From the NCBI GenBank assembly GCA_027317865.1, contig DAHVQG010000010.1, positions 45,627 to 109,626 on the forward strand: 64,000 bases of DNA, in the 5' to 3' direction. This DNA comes from Bdellovibrionales bacterium. GTDB lineage: Bacteria; Bdellovibrionota; Bdellovibrionia; Bdellovibrionales; UBA1609. Below, one piece after another: positions 9,511 to 20,888 of this stretch (position 1 is its first letter; every line of letters begins with the position of its first letter). The notes beneath the pieces were generated by a model. That model was given only the letters and a program-made list of their open reading frames with translations, made no database searches and was not told the DNA's origin. Both the position numbers and the translations under genes were made by a program.

Positions 9511-10377
9511 ATGAAAGCATTAAAGTCACTAGTATCATTTAAATTGCTACTTGTTTTAGGACTCACTTCATTAATGACGACAGGGGCTTGGGCAAGTGGG
9601 CAAAGCGCACCAACTGTGGCCGCGACCACGGTCAATATAAATTTGATCAACAAGGAACTCGCGAGTCTTCTACAGAAGTACAACAATAAGACGACAAAAA
9701 TGAGCGCCACCCTCGATGGGGCCACCGTTGACGCCAATCGCGCAACGGGTTTAGCTGTGACAGTTAAAGTTCAAAAAAACGGCGCGATCCCCGCCGCATT
9801 AACCGCGAACATCAATTATTCGTACCCGGAGTCAAAATTAAATCCGCTACTTGGTTTTGGAGCCAATTTAGCGACGCCAAACGGGGGGCTGCGAAAGATT
9901 CTTGTAAATCTTGGCATGCAACCGCAAAAGATCGACGCGTTTATGAAGCAGTTGCCGGCCATTCTTCAACAACAGATTTTGTATATGCTGAGTCATCAAT
10001 ATGGCGACGCGGTTGCCGTTTCAGCGCACGCTGAAGGGGTTCAAAAAGATAAGGCGAATCATTACGTTGCGGAGAATATTGGGATGCGGGTCACAACAAA
10101 TCCCGCTAAATTACCTCCCGAATTGGGTGCGGATGAGCTTGCGCTGACTTCTGCAAATCTAAATTTATATGTAAATTTAAAAAATGGCGCCAAGGTATCA
10201 GGGGTGGTTGTACTGAACCCGAAATTTATTGATTTTCAGCCCAATCGATTGGGCTTGAAGCAATATATTGAAGAACTAGAAAAAAATGACCCACAAGCTC
10301 TCGACACGATTAAAACTTATGTGCAAGAAGCCGACGATTTTTTGGATGCAGCATTGCATCCTAACAACGGCTATTAG
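9511..10377 (+). CDS. Hypothetical secreted protein
   Basis: GGGGAG RBS, signal peptide ending AWA, 288 aa, no recognisable family. Confidence 0.75.
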   Translation: MKALKSLVSFKLLLVLGLTSLMTTGAWASGQSAPTVAATTVNINLINKELASLLQKYNNKTTKMSATLDGATVDANRATGLAVTVKVQKNGAIPAALTANINYSYPESKLNPLLGFGANLATPNGGLRKILVNLGMQPQKIDAFMKQLPAILQQQILYMLSHQYGDAVAVSAHAEGVQKDKANHYVAENIGMRVTTNPAKLPPELGADELALTSANLNLYVNLKNGAKVSGVVVLNPKFIDFQPNRLGLKQYIEELEKNDPQALDTIKTYVQEADDFLDAALHPNNGY

Positions 10378-10400
10378 ATCTCTAAAGTATGTTGTGGATT

Positions 10401-11270
10401 TTAGCCGAGCGCTTCTTTTAAAGTACTGCCGAGTGTGGCAGGGCTTTTGGCAATTCGGCAACCGGCCGACTCAAGAGCCGCAAATTTAGCTGCAGCTGTG
10501 CCTTTTCCGCCACTAATAATAGCTCCGGCGTGACCCATTCTTTTGCCAGGCGGCGCGGTTGTCCCGGCTATAAAGGCGGCGACCGGTTTTTTAAATTCAC
10601 GTTTAATGTATTCCGCCGCTTCTTCTTCTGCCGTTCCGCCGATTTCGCCGATCATTATGACCGCGTCGGTGTTTGCGTCGCGGTTAAACATTTCAAGAAC
10701 ATCAATAAAATTGGTTCCATTCACTGGGTCACCGCCAATACCGACACATGTCGATTGGCCAAGGCCCAAATTTGTAAGCTGCCACACGGCTTCGTAGGTA
10801 AGCGTGCCAGAGCGAGAAATAACACCGATGCGGCCGGGTTTATGAATGTGCCCTGGCATAATGCCGATTTTACATTCACCAGGTGTGATAACGCCTGGGC
10901 AATTGGGTCCGATGAGGCGAGATTTTGATCCTTGCAGATAGCGTTTTACTTGAACCATATCCAGAACAGGAATGCCTTCTGTGATGCAAACGATGAGTTC
11001 AAGTTCTGCGTCAATGGCTTCCATTATTGAGTCGGCCGCAAACGGCGGGGGAACATAAATCACAGACGCCGTAGCGCCCGTCTTCTTAACGCATTCTTCA
11101 ACCGTGTTAAATACCGGAAGGCCCAAATGGGTTTGGCCGCCCTTGCCTGGCGTTACGCCGCCGACCATTTTAGTGCCGTATTTTATAGCCTGCTCCGAGT
11201 GAAATGTTCCGTTTTGTCCGGTAAAGCCTTGGCACAAAACCTTCGTGTTTTTATTAACAAAAATAGACAT
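10401..11270 (-). CDS. sucD: Succinyl-CoA synthetase alpha subunit
   Basis: [26 protein letters not shown]. Confidence 0.97.
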   Translation of the reverse strand: MSIFVNKNTKVLCQGFTGQNGTFHSEQAIKYGTKMVGGVTPGKGGQTHLGLPVFNTVEECVKKTGATASVIYVPPPFAADSIMEAIDAELELIVCITEGIPVLDMVQVKRYLQGSKSRLIGPNCPGVITPGECKIGIMPGHIHKPGRIGVISRSGTLTYEAVWQLTNLGLGQSTCVGIGGDPVNGTNFIDVLEMFNRDANTDAVIMIGEIGGTAEEEAAEYIKREFKKPVAAFIAGTTAPPGKRMGHAGAIISGGKGTAAAKFAALESAGCRIAKSPATLGSTLKEALG

Positions 11271-11318
11271 GTAATTTTGCTCCCACAGTTGTGGCTTTGC
11301 GTTTTCGCCCAGCCAAAA

Positions 11319-12488
11319 TTATTTAACCGCCCGTACCGCAGCCACGATTTTTTTGGCGGCATCGTCCAAATCGTCGGCCGGAGTAATGTTAAGGCCGCTT
11401 TCTTTTAAGATTTTTTTGCCGAGCTCAACGTTGGTGCCTTGCAATCGAACAACGAGCGGATGCTTCAGCCCAATTTCTTTGGTGGCTGCGATGACGCCTT
11501 CTGCGATCACATCGCACTTCATTATTCCGCCAAAAATATTAACCAAAATTCCTTTTACGTTCGGGTCTTTGAGGATGATTTTAAACGCCGCCGTAACACG
11601 TTCTTTGTTGGCGCCGCCACCAACATCCAAGAAATTGGCAGGCGTTTCACCGTTGAGTTTGATAATGTCCATCGTTGCCATGGCTAGCCCTGCGCCGTTG
11701 ACCATGCACCCGATAGTCCCATCAAGTTTTATGTATGAAAGCTCATGCATTTTGGCTTCCGTCTCGGTTGGGTTTTCTTCAGACAAATCCCGGTATTCTA
11801 AAAGATCGGGATGGCGAAAGAGCGCGTTGTCATCAAGATTCATTTTCGCGTCGAGCGCCACGATGTCGCCTTCTTTTGTCAGTACGAGCGGATTGATTTC
11901 AGAAAGACTGCAATCGGCTGACACAAAAGCCCGGTAAAGGCCAATAAAAGCTTTAACCGCTTTATTGACGGACCCAGCGGGAATTCCAATTTTAAACGCG
12001 AGTTGCCGTGCTTGAAAAGGTTGAAGACCGACGGCGGGGTCAACGATTACACGATGAATTTTTTCTGGAGTTTTAGCGGCAACTTCTTCGATTTCCATCC
12101 CGCCTTCGGAGCTAGCCATCAACGTAATTCGTCCATAGTGGCGATCGACGAGTGCTGAGACGTAATATTCTTTTTGAATATTGCATCCCTGCTCAATGAG
12201 CGCTTTAAGCACTTTTTTGCCTTCGGGGCCGGTTTGATGGGTAACAAGGTTCATGCCTATAATTTTTTTGGCATTCTCGCGCACTTCATCGAGTGATTTG
12301 GCGAGCTTCACGCCACCGCCCTTGCCACGACCGCCGGCGTGAATTTGCGCTTTGACTACCCAAATCGAGCCGCCGAGTTTTTCGGCGGCGGCTACAGCTT
12401 CATCGGCATTGGCGGCGACAACTCCTTTTAAAGTCGGCACGCCGTATTTACGTAAAATTTCTTTTGCCTGATATTCGTGAATATTCAA
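11319..12488 (-). CDS. sucC: Succinyl-CoA synthetase beta subunit
   Basis: [39 protein letters not shown] start after AAGGAG. Confidence 0.97.
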   Translation of the reverse strand: MNIHEYQAKEILRKYGVPTLKGVVAANADEAVAAAEKLGGSIWVVKAQIHAGGRGKGGGVKLAKSLDEVRENAKKIIGMNLVTHQTGPEGKKVLKALIEQGCNIQKEYYVSALVDRHYGRITLMASSEGGMEIEEVAAKTPEKIHRVIVDPAVGLQPFQARQLAFKIGIPAGSVNKAVKAFIGLYRAFVSADCSLSEINPLVLTKEGDIVALDAKMNLDDNALFRHPDLLEYRDLSEENPTETEAKMHELSYIKLDGTIGCMVNGAGLAMATMDIIKLNGETPANFLDVGGGANKERVTAAFKIILKDPNVKGILVNIFGGIMKCDVIAEGVIAATKEIGLKHPLVVRLQGTNVELGKKILKESGLNITPADDLDDAAKKIVAAVRAVK

Positions 12489-12500
12489 AACGGCTCCTTT

Positions 12501-14187
<1,687 letters not shown>

Positions 14188-14200
14188 TTTTTAAAGATTA

Positions 14201-14229
14201 AAATAAAAAACCCTCGGGATTACCGAGGG
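14201..14229 (-). terminator. Rho-independent terminator of the small basic peptide gene
   Basis: Stem CCCTCGG/CCGAGGG (14211-14217 / 14223-14229) with a U-run following on the minus strand. Confidence 0.8.
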
Positions 14230-14257
14230 CCATTTCGTTTCGAAAAAAGCGCGACCG

Positions 14258-14338
14258 CTATTTTCTTTTGCGTGTCGTTTTACGAGTTGTTTTTTTCGTA
14301 GCTTTTTTCTTTGTAGCTTTTTTCTTTTTTCTTGCCAT
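14258..14338 (-). CDS. 26-aa Lys/Arg-rich peptide MARKKKKATKKKATKKTTRKTTRKRK (histone-H1-tail/protamine-like)
   Basis: Read manually; below the ORF-track cutoff. GAGGGG RBS before ATG, upstream promoter and downstream terminator. Confidence 0.75.
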   Translation of the reverse strand: MARKKKKATKKKATKKTTRKTTRKRK

Positions 14339-14362
14339 GTGATCCCCTCACTTTCTTCTTTG

Positions 14363-14392
14363 ACTATAGAGTGTGTAGAAAAAATACGTCAA
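14363..14392 (-). promoter_or_regulatory. Sigma70-type promoter of the basic peptide gene
   Basis: TTGACG (14392-14387) - 18 nt - TATAGT (14368-14363) on the minus strand. Confidence 0.6.
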
Positions 14393-14552
14393 ACGATTTT
14401 TTCATAAAAGTTTCGATTTTTATTTTTTGTCGCACAAAATTTCTTTTTATCGCGCATGTTTTTTGCATTTCTTTTTTTTCGAGACGAATTTCACGCGAAA
14501 AATTGTTCGCGCGACGGAGTTTTGAGTGCGACACGCGATTGTTTTTATCGAA

Positions 14553-15281
14553 ATGTCGGCCGGAATGATCACTTTAGTCCGAATTTTTGCACAAATTCGG
14601 AAAAATTCGCTCGTGTCCAACGAAGCGATGACAAAAATTGTCGCTGCTTTTTTTGTCTGCGAGTGTTTGCTCGCGCTTGTGCCGGCGCGATCAATGATTG
14701 CATTCACTATCTGTTGGTCTGTACCGATCGCAGTTGCATCTTTTTTGCCAACGATCATTCGACGCCGTCGCCGTCAGCACTTTTTGCGACACCGGATTTG
14801 GATTTTAAACTGTCTGATTTTAAATACACGCTTAGGAATTGGGCTTCGCCGCGCTCTTGTGCAGACGAGTGACCGTGCCGATTTCTATATCAAAACTCGG
14901 CTCCGCCAACTTCACGATCGCTTGATCACAGAAACTAAAGGAAGTTCGAGTCATGCTCCAATGGACCCTGTTTTGCACGAATTGTACGAAACTCTTTGGC
15001 TTTGCGAGAGCGAAGCTCATCTCACGGTTCAAAGATTGGTGAATTATCGCCAGAAAATAGAAATTTATGAAGAATTTCGCCGCAAATCGGATCAGGCTTT
15101 GCACCAACTTCGCGCTCAAGCTTATGTGCTAACCGGACTTTATGCGGGGCTTTTGTTGTTTGTTATATCGCGGTTCGGTTTTACCCAACACGAAAGAGCC
15201 ATAATGCTGTCGGCAATGTTGTTTTTACTTGGTGTATTTATAACTCTAAGACAGGGGCGAAATATAAAATGGAGCGTTTAG
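14553..15281 (+). CDS. Divergent TadB/T2SS-F-like membrane protein
   Basis: N-terminal TMs, central helical domain ending R.QA.VL, two C-terminal TMs; paired with the next ORF; start uncertain. Confidence 0.5.
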   Translation: MSAGMITLVRIFAQIRKNSLVSNEAMTKIVAAFFVCECLLALVPARSMIAFTICWSVPIAVASFLPTIIRRRRRQHFLRHRIWILNCLILNTRLGIGLRRALVQTSDRADFYIKTRLRQLHDRLITETKGSSSHAPMDPVLHELYETLWLCESEAHLTVQRLVNYRQKIEIYEEFRRKSDQALHQLRAQAYVLTGLYAGLLLFVISRFGFTQHERAIMLSAMLFLLGVFITLRQGRNIKWSV

Positions 15282-15703
15282 CCCCGCCGCTTGAATTGTG
15301 CATTTCGCTACGTCTTGGTATCGAAAGCGGTCAGTCGGTCATGCGAGTCATTAAAAAGTTTAAAATGCACGGCCGAGATGAAATGTCGTGTGATCTTGCG
15401 ATGGTGCTTGCGGCCTTTGAGCGCGGCGAAACGGTAAAACTTCGTCCCGAAACCAATAATTTGCTCTACCGACGTGCGCTATTAGAATTAATCGAGGCGG
15501 GGCTAAGGGGCGAACCGATTTTAAATCAACTCAAAGAACTTGAGACCGAGATCCTAAAAGCCTGCCACTCGGACATCGATAAATACGTGGCGGCATTGCC
15601 GATGCGTACGATGATTCCGCTTATGTTGATACAATTTCCGGCTTTTTTGTTGTTACTGTTGGGTCCCATTGTAAGCGAACTCATTAGGGGGTTAAGTTCA
15701 TGA
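15269..15703 (+). CDS. Short TadC/T2SS-F-like membrane protein
   Basis: ESGQS, G.PI...L..L and C-terminal PLML..FPA.LLLLLGP typical of TadC C-termini. Confidence 0.55.
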   Translation: MERLAPPLELCISLRLGIESGQSVMRVIKKFKMHGRDEMSCDLAMVLAAFERGETVKLRPETNNLLYRRALLELIEAGLRGEPILNQLKELETEILKACHSDIDKYVAALPMRTMIPLMLIQFPAFLLLLLGPIVSELIRGLSS

Positions 15704-16140
15704 ATAAACTCGTTGCGGGGGTATTTGTAACTATCAGCATCGTTTCTCTTTCATCAAAGGTCAGATGTGAATCTCGACTCGACATTCATCGGCTTGAAAT
15801 TCAGGCAATGACCACGGCACAAACTGTTGCGGAGTTAAGAGGCCGCCTTGCAACGATTAAAAAATTGGCCACCGAAGAGTTGGCGTGCCGGATGCAACTA
15901 AAATATAAAATGCTCCCATATAGCTGTTATCGGGCGCGCGCATTGCGAATTGTAAACAGATGGCCTTTAGATGGCCGGATTTACAGTAATTTAAACGATC
16001 GTTGCTTACAAATTGCGGGGCGCACAAACGAACTTGATCTTAAAAAAATCCGGGTATTGCCGTCAAAATGTCGCACAGTTGCGCGCTCGCGCATTCAAAT
16101 TAACCGCTACAAAGCCGGACGGAGTTGGCAAGGAATTTGA
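15700..16140 (+). CDS. Hypothetical exported Cys-containing basic protein
   Basis: ATGA overlap with the previous gene; N-terminal hydrophobic segment; several Cys. Confidence 0.6.
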   Translation: MNKLVAGVFVTISIVSLSSKVRCESRLDIHRLEIQAMTTAQTVAELRGRLATIKKLATEELACRMQLKYKMLPYSCYRARALRIVNRWPLDGRIYSNLNDRCLQIAGRTNELDLKKIRVLPSKCRTVARSRIQINRYKAGRSWQGI

Positions 16141-16155
16141 TAGACTCCAGCGCTG

Positions 16156-17229
16156 ATGGAGTCCGTTCTGACTAAACCATATCAGTATCGCATTGTGGAG
16201 TGCCTTGGCGAGGGGCTAAACAGCTGTGTTTACCGGGCTTTTAAACAATCAAACGAACTCAATGTGAGATTTGAGGTCGCGCTTAAAATTCTTAAGTCCA
16301 AGAATTTGGAAGCACTTTGGAGAAATGAGTTTGAGCGGCTCATCTGCGTCAAGTCGCGGCACTGCGTGGCACTTCATGGTTGGGAGTTAATTAACAACTC
16401 TCCCGCACTTGTTCTCGAATATGTACGAGGGGTCAATTTGGCCGAACTTGTGAAGTATGTCGAACTAAACAAAGAAAATATCGACTGCATCTATGGACAA
16501 GCGCGCCGCGGCCTTAGAGATTTGGCACAGGTGGCACTTTTTCACGGCGATTTAAATCTCAACAATATCATGGTTGATGACACGGGCGTCGTGAAGCTTG
16601 TGGATTTCGGCGTCCGAAACGGGCACAAAGACTACCTTGTCACACCTAAATTTGCCGCTCCTTCAGTACTTATGGGCGAAGAACCAAATATCGAAACCGA
16701 TATATTTAGCCTCGAGGCAATTTGTCTAGAGATCGAGCTTAATCACTCAAGCCATGTGCCCGACGACGGCAGTGTAGGAGGTCCAAAGCAAGTTGGTAAT
16801 GCACCGGAGTTTGCGACCCATGATCTGGCCAAAAAGGTTCGGATCGCCATGAAAAGGCGCGAGAATGGGCGGGTACGAACGAACGCATACAAGGCGCCGC
16901 GTTCGTTCCGGTTATCGCGGCAAACATTATTTCAAAGTATTGGAGTCGGATTTATATGCCTATTTTTTTCTATTTTGTCTCAGGGTGATTCCACCCGGCA
17001 TTTGCCGACGCCGCCAGCTCGTCTCATCGTGCGAACAGTGAAATGGGTGAAAATCGCTGTGAACGGGCACGACTATGGATATTCGCCGGTAAACATCTCA
17101 CTATCAGCGACGCGCATGGTTCATTTGCAATGGTTCGGATCGGCGGGCCAAGGGGGGCGCACGATTGCGCTCATCCCAGGGCAAACTAAATTCTTAACAG
17201 ACAATTTTTTTAGTCCTGACTCAAAATAA
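16156..17229 (+). CDS. Hanks-type Ser/Thr kinase with TM and PEGA-like C-terminal domain
   Basis: LGEG..S.VY, VALK, HGDL..NN, DFG; TM near the C-terminus then V.I.VNG..YG.SP. Confidence 0.8.
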   Translation: MESVLTKPYQYRIVECLGEGLNSCVYRAFKQSNELNVRFEVALKILKSKNLEALWRNEFERLICVKSRHCVALHGWELINNSPALVLEYVRGVNLAELVKYVELNKENIDCIYGQARRGLRDLAQVALFHGDLNLNNIMVDDTGVVKLVDFGVRNGHKDYLVTPKFAAPSVLMGEEPNIETDIFSLEAICLEIELNHSSHVPDDGSVGGPKQVGNAPEFATHDLAKKVRIAMKRRENGRVRTNAYKAPRSFRLSRQTLFQSIGVGFICLFFSILSQGDSTRHLPTPPARLIVRTVKWVKIAVNGHDYGYSPVNISLSATRMVHLQWFGSAGQGGRTIALIPGQTKFLTDNFFSPDSK

Positions 17230-17291
17230 ATTTCTTCACCTCACTAGTCTTTTGTGCTCAAATTCTAGGCTGAGAGGCGGGTCGAAGTAAA

Positions 17292-17495
17292 ATGACCAAA
17301 GAGGACCGCATATCGACGTTGGGCGCTTTAGTTGATGAAGTCACAAAAGATGACTACGACAAGAGACTTGTGCGAAGTTTAATGGAACGGCTCAACATTC
17401 CGTATTGCGAAGATCCTATGCAACTCCTCAATAATGTATTAAAAGGCATTCACGTTATTGAGGCACCTCAAGATGACAGTTCAACACAACAATAA
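17292..17495 (+). CDS. Small hypothetical protein
   Basis: 67-aa ATG ORF filling the gap between the kinase and the cystathionine lyase gene. Confidence 0.55.
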   Translation: MTKEDRISTLGALVDEVTKDDYDKRLVRSLMERLNIPYCEDPMQLLNNVLKGIHVIEAPQDDSSTQQ

Positions 17496-18654
17496 AATCG
17501 ACGACAATAGCAGCGAACTTGGTTTTGATACGCGCGCCATTCACGCCGGGCAAAAACCAGATCCCACGACAGGTGCGATTATGACGCCTGTTTATCTCAC
17601 GAGCACTTATGTGCAAGAATCGCCCGGGCAACATAAGGGATATGAATATAGCCGCACTAAAAATCCGACGCGCGCAACTTACGAGCGCTGTTTAGCGAAT
17701 CTTGAAGCTGGCGAGTTTGGTTTTGCTTTTGCCTCAGGGTGTGCGGCAACAACCACGGTTCTACATTTGCTCAAAGCTGGGGATCACGTAATCGCCGGCG
17801 ACGACCTTTATGGCGGAACAGTTCGACTTTTTGATCGCGTGTTCACGCAAATGGGCATCGAGATTACTTATGTCGATCTTTTGCGGCCAGAAAATTTCGA
17901 TAAGCAAAAAAAGCCCAACACAAAACTGGTTTGGATTGAAACTCCGACCAATCCACTCCTTAAGATAATTGACATAAAGGCGGTTTCAGAAAGGGCCCAT
18001 GCGGCGGGAGTCATGGTTGCGGTCGATAATACATTTATGAGCCCGTATTTTCAGCGGCCACTTACGCTTGGTGCAGATCTTGTTGTACACTCGACCACCA
18101 AATACATTGGTGGCCATAGTGACGTCGTGGGCGGAGCTGTTGTGACGTCAAATGCGGCGTTAGCTGAAAAACTTGCGTTTTTGAGCAATTCAATGGGCGC
18201 GATAGAATCACCTTTTGACTCATTTATGTGCCTACGAAGCCTCAAAACGCTAGGCGTGCGGATGCGTGCGCACGAACAAAATGCAAAGGTAATAGCCGAG
18301 CATTTATCCAAGCATCCAAAAGTAAAAAAGGTGATTTATCCGGGACTTTCGAGCCATCCGCAACACGAACTGGCAAAGCGCCAGATGAACGGATTCGGCG
18401 GCATGATGACTATTTATTTGAATGGCGATTTGTCGGCCACAAAGCGGTTTGTAGAAAGGCTCAAAATATTTTCGCTAGCTGAGAGTTTGGGTGGCGTTGA
18501 GTCACTAGTGGATCATCCGGCAATCATGACTCATGCAAGCGTTCCTGTTGAACGGCGCAAGCAACTGGGTATTGACGATTCACTCGTCAGGCTTAGTGTT
18601 GGTATTGAAAATGTTGAAGACCTCATTTCTGATTTAAATAATGCATTGAGTTAG
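17473..18654 (+). CDS. Cystathionine gamma-lyase/gamma-synthase (PLP-dependent)
   Basis: YEYSR..NPT, ETPTNP, DNTF, HSTTKYIGGHSD, AESLGGVESL, RLSVGIE. Confidence 0.95.
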   Translation: MTVQHNNKIDDNSSELGFDTRAIHAGQKPDPTTGAIMTPVYLTSTYVQESPGQHKGYEYSRTKNPTRATYERCLANLEAGEFGFAFASGCAATTTVLHLLKAGDHVIAGDDLYGGTVRLFDRVFTQMGIEITYVDLLRPENFDKQKKPNTKLVWIETPTNPLLKIIDIKAVSERAHAAGVMVAVDNTFMSPYFQRPLTLGADLVVHSTTKYIGGHSDVVGGAVVTSNAALAEKLAFLSNSMGAIESPFDSFMCLRSLKTLGVRMRAHEQNAKVIAEHLSKHPKVKKVIYPGLSSHPQHELAKRQMNGFGGMMTIYLNGDLSATKRFVERLKIFSLAESLGGVESLVDHPAIMTHASVPVERRKQLGIDDSLVRLSVGIENVEDLISDLNNALS

Positions 18655-18778
18655 TTAATGGTTGTCGACCTACCTTCATGCGGTCGCGAATTGACTCTTT
18701 TTAGAGCCGCCAGTACCAATAATGCTTTTAATTGTTAGCTGCTTTGGCCGGTTTCGCCGGTGAACAAGCGGTTCAAGT

Positions 18779-18854
<76 letters not shown>

Positions 18855-18890
18855 TTGATGGCGCACAACAAATTATTTATAGATATCCGG

Positions 18891-19940
18891 ATGGATTTAA
18901 TAGAAGAGCTTAGAAAAAATCCGTTCGTTCTGGCGCCGATGGCCGCGATCACGGACTGTGCGTTTCGTTCATTTATGCGCGAAATGGGCGCGGGGATAGT
19001 TACAACAGAACTGGTATCGGCCACCGGCCTTCGACACTCAAGTGAAAAAACAAGACGCATTATGCAGTTTACTCCAGATCAACATCCCGTAGGAGTGCAA
19101 TTGTTTGGCGACAACCTTGACGATTTGCAATTGGCGGCAAAAGACGTGGAACAAATGGGGGCCAATTTTGTGGACCTCAATTTTGGTTGTCCTGTTCAGA
19201 AAGTCGTAAAAAAAGGCGCGGGGTCGGCGGCCTTAAAAGATCTTGTACATTTTCGTGATATTTTGCGGGCCGTGAAATCGGCGACCCAGTTGCCAGTGAC
19301 GATCAAAGTGCGAACGGGCTGGGATTACTCCTCAAGAAATACCGATCAAGTGGCGCAAATTGCTTACGATGAAGGCATCACTTGGGTCGCAATTCATGGC
19401 CGGACTCGTGCTCAAGCCTATGAAGGCGAAGCCGATTGGAATTATATTGCTGAAGTAAAATCTAATGCGCCACTACCGATTATTGGTAACGGAGATGTGA
19501 CCAGCGCACAGAAGGCCTGCACTCGGCTTAAAGAATCCGGCTGTGACGCCGTGATGATTGGACGCGGATGTTTAAAAAATCCGTGGATATTTCAAGAAGC
19601 GCAGGCACTCTGGTCGCAGCAGGAAGCTAGCGGTCGACCTGGCGCTCCCGTTGGCGGGGATGGGCGAAGTATTCAGCGCGACTTCGTGTGGATGATCGAG
19701 CGGCTGCGATTTCATCTTGAGAGTTTTTGGGATGAGCGAATGATCGCGCTACAAGCAAAGAAATTTGCAGCGTGGTTTTCGACCGGTTATCCTGGCGCCG
19801 CGCAGTTTCGTAAAGGTGTTTTTCAAATCAAGACCAAGGTTGAAGTCTTCGAATACATTCTAAACTATTTGGATTCAATTCGTGAGCATGCTCAAATAGA
19901 CACAAGTCATGAGCGATTTCTCATGGGCGGCCACGGTTAA
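18891..19940 (+). CDS. dusB: tRNA-dihydrouridine synthase (DusB-like)
   Basis: LAPMA, QLFG, DLNFGCP, HGRT, GNGD, MIGRG; ATG 18891 avoids overlap with the tRNA. Confidence 0.92.
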   Translation: MDLIEELRKNPFVLAPMAAITDCAFRSFMREMGAGIVTTELVSATGLRHSSEKTRRIMQFTPDQHPVGVQLFGDNLDDLQLAAKDVEQMGANFVDLNFGCPVQKVVKKGAGSAALKDLVHFRDILRAVKSATQLPVTIKVRTGWDYSSRNTDQVAQIAYDEGITWVAIHGRTRAQAYEGEADWNYIAEVKSNAPLPIIGNGDVTSAQKACTRLKESGCDAVMIGRGCLKNPWIFQEAQALWSQQEASGRPGAPVGGDGRSIQRDFVWMIERLRFHLESFWDERMIALQAKKFAAWFSTGYPGAAQFRKGVFQIKTKVEVFEYILNYLDSIREHAQIDTSHERFLMGGHG

Positions 19941-19973
19941 GTCTTTTTGCGCGCAAAAAATACGGTAAATAAA

Positions 19974-20888
19974 ATGGAATTTGTCATAGAAGCCAACGAT
20001 CTTGTTAAAACATACGGTGATCATCGTGCGGTTGATGGCATTTCATTTCAAGTTCGCGAAGGGGAGTGTTTCGGGCTTCTTGGGCCAAATGGAGCCGGCA
20101 AAACAACAACTTTTAAAATGTTCTACGGCAGCTGTCGCGCTACTTCAGGCGAGCTTCATGTGCTCGGAATGAGCGCCCGCGATCGCATGCGGGATATCAA
20201 AGCGGCAATCGGTGTTGTCCCTCAAGAAAACGGGCTCGACAATGACTTCAGCGCGCTTGAAAATCTTCTTATTTATGCAAGTTATTTTGGGATGACCCGC
20301 GAGGTTGCAAAAAGTCGAGCGATTGACCTTCTCACGATGATGCAACTTGAAGATTATTCTAAGAAAGAAATCGAAACTCTTAGCGGCGGCATGAAACGCC
20401 GGCTCGTGCTGGCGCGCGCGCTTTTGACCCGCCCGAAGGTTTTATTTCTCGATGAGCCGACAACGGGACTTGATCCCCAGGCGCGTGCTTGGCTGTGGAG
20501 CGAACTTCGAGATCTCCAAAAGCAAGGTGTTACTTTATTTTTGACAACACATTATATGGAAGAGGCCGAAGAGCTTTGCAACCGGCTCCTCATTATGAAT
20601 AAAGGCAAGTCAGTTGCCGAAGGGGCCCCGATGGATTTGATTCAAACTCATGTTGGCCGCGAAGTGGTTGAATTTGATATCGAGCCAGCTGAGATGGATC
20701 GCACAGTTGCGCGGATAAAAAGTAAATTTGATTTTCAACTGATGCGAAATCGGCTGAAATTATTTTTGCGCGAGAATCAAACCTTAAGCGACGCCATGGC
20801 CGAAGTGTCGAACCGGAATCTGACCCTTAGAAAAGCGTCGCTTAACGATGTATTTTTAAAAATTTCAGGAACCGATCTCAATGAATAA
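19974..20888 (+). CDS. ABC-2 exporter ATPase (NodI-like)
   Basis: GPNGAGKTT, LSGGMKRR, LDEPTTGLDPQAR, TTHYMEEAE. Confidence 0.9.
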   Translation: MEFVIEANDLVKTYGDHRAVDGISFQVREGECFGLLGPNGAGKTTTFKMFYGSCRATSGELHVLGMSARDRMRDIKAAIGVVPQENGLDNDFSALENLLIYASYFGMTREVAKSRAIDLLTMMQLEDYSKKEIETLSGGMKRRLVLARALLTRPKVLFLDEPTTGLDPQARAWLWSELRDLQKQGVTLFLTTHYMEEAEELCNRLLIMNKGKSVAEGAPMDLIQTHVGREVVEFDIEPAEMDRTVARIKSKFDFQLMRNRLKLFLRENQTLSDAMAEVSNRNLTLRKASLNDVFLKISGTDLNE

